64,000 nt of DNA from Dehalococcoidia bacterium (GTDB taxonomy: Bacteria; Chloroflexota; Dehalococcoidia; Lucifugimonadales; UBA3495): contig JASLXV010000041.1 of assembly GCA_030740155.1 (NCBI GenBank), positions 1 through 64,000 on the forward strand. Direction: 5' to 3'. Made by a program: the position numbers and the translations under genes. Within the stretch, counting starts at the first letter, position 1. Every line of letters starts with the position of its first letter. Positions 60,069-64,000 of the stretch are shown one piece after another. The notes under the pieces were generated by a model. The model worked only from the letters and a program-made list of their open reading frames with translations. It searched no databases and was not told the origin of the DNA.

Positions 60069-61325
60069 CTAACGCCTCCCGCTGCCCTGGCCTCTGTTGT
60101 TGCCTGGACCGGCGCTCTGGCCCCGGCCTCGGCCCGGGGGAGGTCCTGCCTTGGTTCGGGCCTCGGCCGCCCTGGATCGAGCCTGACCCCGGTCACCCTC
60201 GTTTCTCTCGAGCGCCCTTCGCATGCCCTCGACGGCCCGCGGCGGCAAATTCCTTCTGATCAGCTTTTCGAGTATGTCCACGCGTTGGTCGGCATGGTTC
60301 TCCAGTATCAGCGCAACATCATCAACAAGCTGGGCGCGGTGGCCGTCCGCTTCCTCGGGCATGCTTCCGTCCTCGGTCGTCAGGTTCCGAAGGAAGCGCT
60401 CCAGCCGTTCGCGCACCTTGGCAGCCTTCACCAGACCCTTGGTCACCGGAGGGCCCTCGGCATCTTGGGCCTCGCCGTCACCCGCCGGGCCCGCGAAACC
60501 GGTCACCACCTCTCCAACCTCAGGCGGGGCAACTCCCCGGCCGAGCTTGATGGACTTGGTGGTCCCGTCGCGGCGCATGATGGTGAGGACCCCGTCCTCG
60601 ACGCCGACGACGGCGCCGGTCACCGGCTGAGCCCTCGGCCCCGTCGGCTTTACCAAAACCCACAATGCGGTCCACTCGTCGCCATCCCTCCGGGCCAGGA
60701 TCACCACCTTGGCGCCGGCGGTGAAGGAACCGGCCACCGGCCCGCCCGGAGTCCGGAGTTTGTAGCTGTCCAGACGCACCGTAACTCGCTCCGCGGTTGC
60801 CTTACGAATGAGGGTCACGGTGGCGCCCGGCTCGACATCCACCACGCCCACGAAGGCCCTTCTCCGTTTACCGGCACCGGCGCCCTCATCATCCTGGCTG
60901 GGCTCGCCGGCGCCGGTGGCATCGGGTTCCTGGCTGGGCTCTCCCGCACCGGCATCCGTACTCGGTTCAGGAGTTTGGGCAATCGAAGAGGTCAGGTTCA
61001 GCGCGGTCGCTCCACCCTGCTCCCAAGGGGCCGTCTCGTTGGTCGCCGCGTCGCCAATCTTGAACGAGACGGTCATTCCCGCGTAAGAAGTGTTCTCCGG
61101 CTGTTCCACCAGGAGCATATATTGGCCATCTGAAACCGCCGTCGATGTTGCCTGGGCATCATCGACCCAGGCGGTCACCATCGTCCCGTCGGCGACCGGC
61201 GCGTCGCCCTCGGTGACACTCCCGAGAAACACATGGGGTGGCATCGCCTGCGCCAGTACGCTCGCCGGGAGCGCAATCAAGAACGCCATGGCGGCCAACA
61301 GGGCCGTGACTCTAGCTATAACCAT
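60069..61325 (-). CDS. Secreted/surface hypothetical protein
   Basis: Signal peptide ending VLA-Q; PPHVF.G beta domain, repeated GAGEPSQ linker, beta-rich middle, helical C-terminus. Confidence 0.75.
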   Translation of the reverse strand: MVIARVTALLAAMAFLIALPASVLAQAMPPHVFLGSVTEGDAPVADGTMVTAWVDDAQATSTAVSDGQYMLLVEQPENTSYAGMTVSFKIGDAATNETAPWEQGGATALNLTSSIAQTPEPSTDAGAGEPSQEPDATGAGEPSQDDEGAGAGKRRRAFVGVVDVEPGATVTLIRKATAERVTVRLDSYKLRTPGGPVAGSFTAGAKVVILARRDGDEWTALWVLVKPTGPRAQPVTGAVVGVEDGVLTIMRRDGTTKSIKLGRGVAPPEVGEVVTGFAGPAGDGEAQDAEGPPVTKGLVKAAKVRERLERFLRNLTTEDGSMPEEADGHRAQLVDDVALILENHADQRVDILEKLIRRNLPPRAVEGMRRALERNEGDRGQARSRAAEARTKAGPPPGRGRGQSAGPGNNRGQGSGRR

Positions 61326-61615
61326 TGCGTATCACTCATCATTATTCAGGATTTACCGGGCTCACCTCGAGCCCTAGCACCACCCTCACGGGTGAGCGGT
61401 TATCTCAATTGTACCGAGGATATTGTGGTTGTCCGTGATCAACGTCACATCCGAGCCGAGCAGGGCCATCCTGCTTGATCCGGCTGCCTCCGGCCGGACC
61501 GGCGACGAACGGGCGGCCATCATCGAAAAAGCAGGCCGTCCCCGATCAGCGCCGAACGAGATACCCTATGGAACAAGAAACCTCAGTGACCGGCCGCCAA
61601 ACACCCCGGCCAACC

Positions 61616-62443
61616 TCACGGCAGGTAGAATACCACCAGGGCTTCGAAGCGGACATCTTCCTGAACATCGGCGGATAACACCTCGATCAGGTTGGCGCCC
61701 TGCTCCAGGGTAACAGTCGAGGAAAAGAGTCCCAGAACATTCACCTCGACCGGGGACCCGTTGACCGCCACCGCCGCGTCGGCCCTGGTGCCCCCGATTA
61801 CCGTGAGGTTCGGCTGGTCAACCTCCAACCCGTCGGGTGGGTAGAACACGGTGAAAGGCAAACCGTCGGCGGGAGGCGAGTAGAGGACCATCACCGGCTG
61901 AAGCTCGGCCTCGCCGGAGAGGCTTTCAACCGTCACCTCAAACTCGTTCTCCCCCTCTCCCAGCACCATGTCGCGCTGGAAGCTCCCGTCGGCAGCGACT
62001 TCCACGGAGACTCCATTGATTTCAACCACCGCATCGGACCTGGTTTTGCCCAGAATGGTGACCGCCGGAATCTCCGAGCTGGCGCCGTTGACGGGATACA
62101 TAAGCTCCAGCGTTAACGGTCCGGGCATGGAAGCCGGCGTGGGAGCGACCGTCGGCGCCGGTGTTGCGGTTGGTGGAGCCATAATGCTTGGCGTAAACGT
62201 GGGTATCAGTGTGGGTACCGGTACTGTTGCCGGGATGGTGGCCGGCGGCGCCGGCACGGGTGTGGCAGGGGCCGGACTGGTGGGCGTCGCCGCCGCCACG
62301 GGTGGCGCCGGTGTGGGCGCCGGGGTTGGATCTTGCCCACAGGCAACCAACGCGAGGCTGAAGAGCACTACCCCCGCGAGGGGAAAAGTCCCAAAACGCT
62401 TTGGAAACACGCGCTTCTGTTCCCTCCTTTCCAAACATCTCAT
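61616..62443 (-). CDS. Lipoprotein with Pro/Thr linker and two Ig-like repeats
   Basis: Lipobox LVAC; PTPAP repeats; two G.T..DA.V.(I/V)NG..V.V...G.F...L..G.N units. Confidence 0.85.
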   Translation of the reverse strand: MRCLERREQKRVFPKRFGTFPLAGVVLFSLALVACGQDPTPAPTPAPPVAAATPTSPAPATPVPAPPATIPATVPVPTLIPTFTPSIMAPPTATPAPTVAPTPASMPGPLTLELMYPVNGASSEIPAVTILGKTRSDAVVEINGVSVEVAADGSFQRDMVLGEGENEFEVTVESLSGEAELQPVMVLYSPPADGLPFTVFYPPDGLEVDQPNLTVIGGTRADAAVAVNGSPVEVNVLGLFSSTVTLEQGANLIEVLSADVQEDVRFEALVVFYLP

Positions 62444-62600
62444 TTATTGAGTCTATACCGCAGTGATAGTAATGGCTAGCCGCACGAAAACGCGCAGCAG
62501 TCATGCCCGTCATTACGCGAAAGGAGGGGGCGCCCGCGCCGGAATCACACGGGCGGACGAGGGTACGCCAAAAGCAAATGTTGCAGAGGGCGCTAGTTCA

Positions 62601-62831
62601 GTGTCTCGTAAACGGCATGATTCCCAATCCGTCACCCGGGCGAAGGCCGGGGTCCAGCCGACGCTTCTCTGGATTCCAGCCTTCGCCGGAAAGACGAACA
62701 TGGGGGGATGCGGGAAATCATCGAGGCTAGTGTCTCGTAACTGGCCCGGTACCCAATCCGTCACCCGGGCGAAGGCCGGGGTCCAGTCCACGCTTCTCTG
62801 GGTTCCGGCCTTCGCCGGAAAGACGAGCATG
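62601..62831. repeat. Two tandem ~100-bp units at 129-bp period, each with a REP-like doublet
   Basis: GTGTCTCGTAA...CCCAATCCGTCACCCGGGCGAAGGCCGGGGTCCAG...CCTTCGCCGGAAAGACG at 62601 and 62730. Confidence 0.88.
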
Positions 62832-62919
62832 TGCTTGGATTCCGGGCTTCGCTGAAAAGACGATCGTGGGGGGAAGATGCCGCGCGGTTCACCGAGGTGC
62901 GGCTACCCACAGACGGTAG

Positions 62920-63333
62920 CTAGGGTAACCCCTCGGGGTCCTCCGGCGCCCGATGGGCGTAGACGAATTCCGCGATGTCCGGGATGCGGGACCCGGGGCC
63001 GAAAACGCCGAGCACCCCTAGCTCCTCCAGGGCCGGGACGGCTTCTTTGAGGACGACGCCCCCCACGATGATTGGGATGTGGGAGATGCCCCGTTCCTTC
63101 ATGGCCGACCGAAGGGCGGCCACCAGGGCTACCGGGTCCCGGTCGGTGATCCGGTAGCCGACGAAGTCGACATCCTCTTGCAACGCGGCGTCGGCGACCT
63201 CCGCCGGCTCGGCATGGCCCAGGGAAATGACCTCCATGCCGGCGTCTTGAAGCCCCCGGGCCACCACGTGGTAGCCGGCCGTGTGGCCGGGGGTATCGCT
63301 GCTGAGTAGAAAGCGCGTTTGTTCTTGTTTCAT
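62920..63333 (-). CDS. Cobalamin-binding small subunit with atypical motif
   Basis: L.DAGMEVI..G, AALQEDVD, VGGV, FGPGS; PGHTAG in place of DGHxxG. Confidence 0.88.
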   Translation of the reverse strand: MKQEQTRFLLSSDTPGHTAGYHVVARGLQDAGMEVISLGHAEPAEVADAALQEDVDFVGYRITDRDPVALVAALRSAMKERGISHIPIIVGGVVLKEAVPALEELGVLGVFGPGSRIPDIAEFVYAHRAPEDPEGLP

Positions 63334-63339
63334 ATCTCT

Positions 63340-64000
63340 CTACCCCCGGAGGTCCGCGCCGTAGGCCCGGTAGATGAATCCGCCTCGCTGCAGTAGCTCG
63401 GCGGGGTCCCCGGCTTCAGACAGGGCGCCGACGATCTCGCCAATGCTGAGGTAGGACCGGACGGCCTCGAAGGTGGGCTCCACGATGTTCTCTTTGGCCA
63501 GGTAAGCCTTTACCAGTCGCCGCTTCGCCTCTTGCGCTCGGGCCTGGTCCCGGCGCTGCTTGACCTGCTCCAGCCGCCGGACCTGCTCGTGGCGCCAGGC
63601 GGGGTCCGCCTTCAGCACCTCCACCTGCGGCTCCGGATAACCCGAGTCGGCATCCGTCCGGAAGCGGTTGATCCCCACCACAACCTGCCGGCCGGAGTCG
63701 ATGGCGTTCTGACGCCGGTAGGCCGCTTCGTTGGACTGTCCCGCCATGTAATCGAGGGCTTGAGGGAGGTCCATCTCCTCCAGGGTTTCCAGGATGCGGG
63801 CGGCACTCTGCTCAAGCTCGCCGGTAATGGCCTCCACGCAGTAGGAACCACCCAAGGGGTCCACCACGGAGGTGACGCCCGTTTCGCAGGCGATGATCTG
63901 CTGGGTGCGCATCGACAGCGTCTGGCTGAACTGGGTTGGGGTGGCCAACGCCTCATCGAAGGCGTTGATCGACATGGACTGGGCGCCGCCGAGCGCGGCG
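63340..64000 (-). CDS. Second acyl-CoA mutase family large subunit, C-terminal part (starts beyond window)
   Basis: AALGGAQSMSINAFDEALATPT, RTQQII, DPLGGSY, IDSG..VVVGIN.F. Confidence 0.92.
   Translation of the reverse strand, partial: AALGGAQSMSINAFDEALATPTQFSQTLSMRTQQIIACETGVTSVVDPLGGSYCVEAITGELEQSAARILETLEEMDLPQALDYMAGQSNEAAYRRQNAIDSGRQVVVGINRFRTDADSGYPEPQVEVLKADPAWRHEQVRRLEQVKQRRDQARAQEAKRRLVKAYLAKENIVEPTFEAVRSYLSIGEIVGALSEAGDPAELLQRGGFIYRAYGADLRG

Noticed and set aside
60375..60400. SRP RNA-like TCAGGTTCCGAAGGAAGC
   Set aside because: Lies antisense within a CDS and lacks the flanking helix

Overview
High-GC bacterial chromosomal segment. Gene content and intergenic palindromes suggest Chloroflexota/Dehalococcoidia (SAR202-like); this is inference, not a database result. 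Main blocks: (1) end of mfd and a DinB gene; (2) a ~1.9-15.3 kb CoA-type catabolic cluster with a strongly divergent B12-dependent MCM-like mutase plus separate B12 subunit, two tandem acyl-CoA dehydrogenases, two tandem nitronate-monooxygenase-family flavoproteins, an FAD oxidase, SDR, VOC/epimerase and a fused double family III CoA-transferase; (3) lone XDH-family Mo subunit, lone ComE-like TPP subunit, amidase with a small partner, MFS; (4) tungsten locus: tupABC, two AORs each with a MoaD/ThiS protein, two moeA; (5) ABC exporters and MFS transporters; (6) pentose phosphate cluster (tkt, tal-pgi, gnd, frameshifted zwf) and a Grx-fused TrxB; (7) small Cys-rich proteins, two surface proteins and the end of a second mutase pair. 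No rRNA, tRNA, CRISPR or transposase was recognised; REP/MITE-like palindromes are abundant. Best leads: the mutase with a rewired substrate channel, a near-identical promoter in front of both convergent flavoprotein pairs, and a duplicated 5' leader with one compensatory base-pair change.
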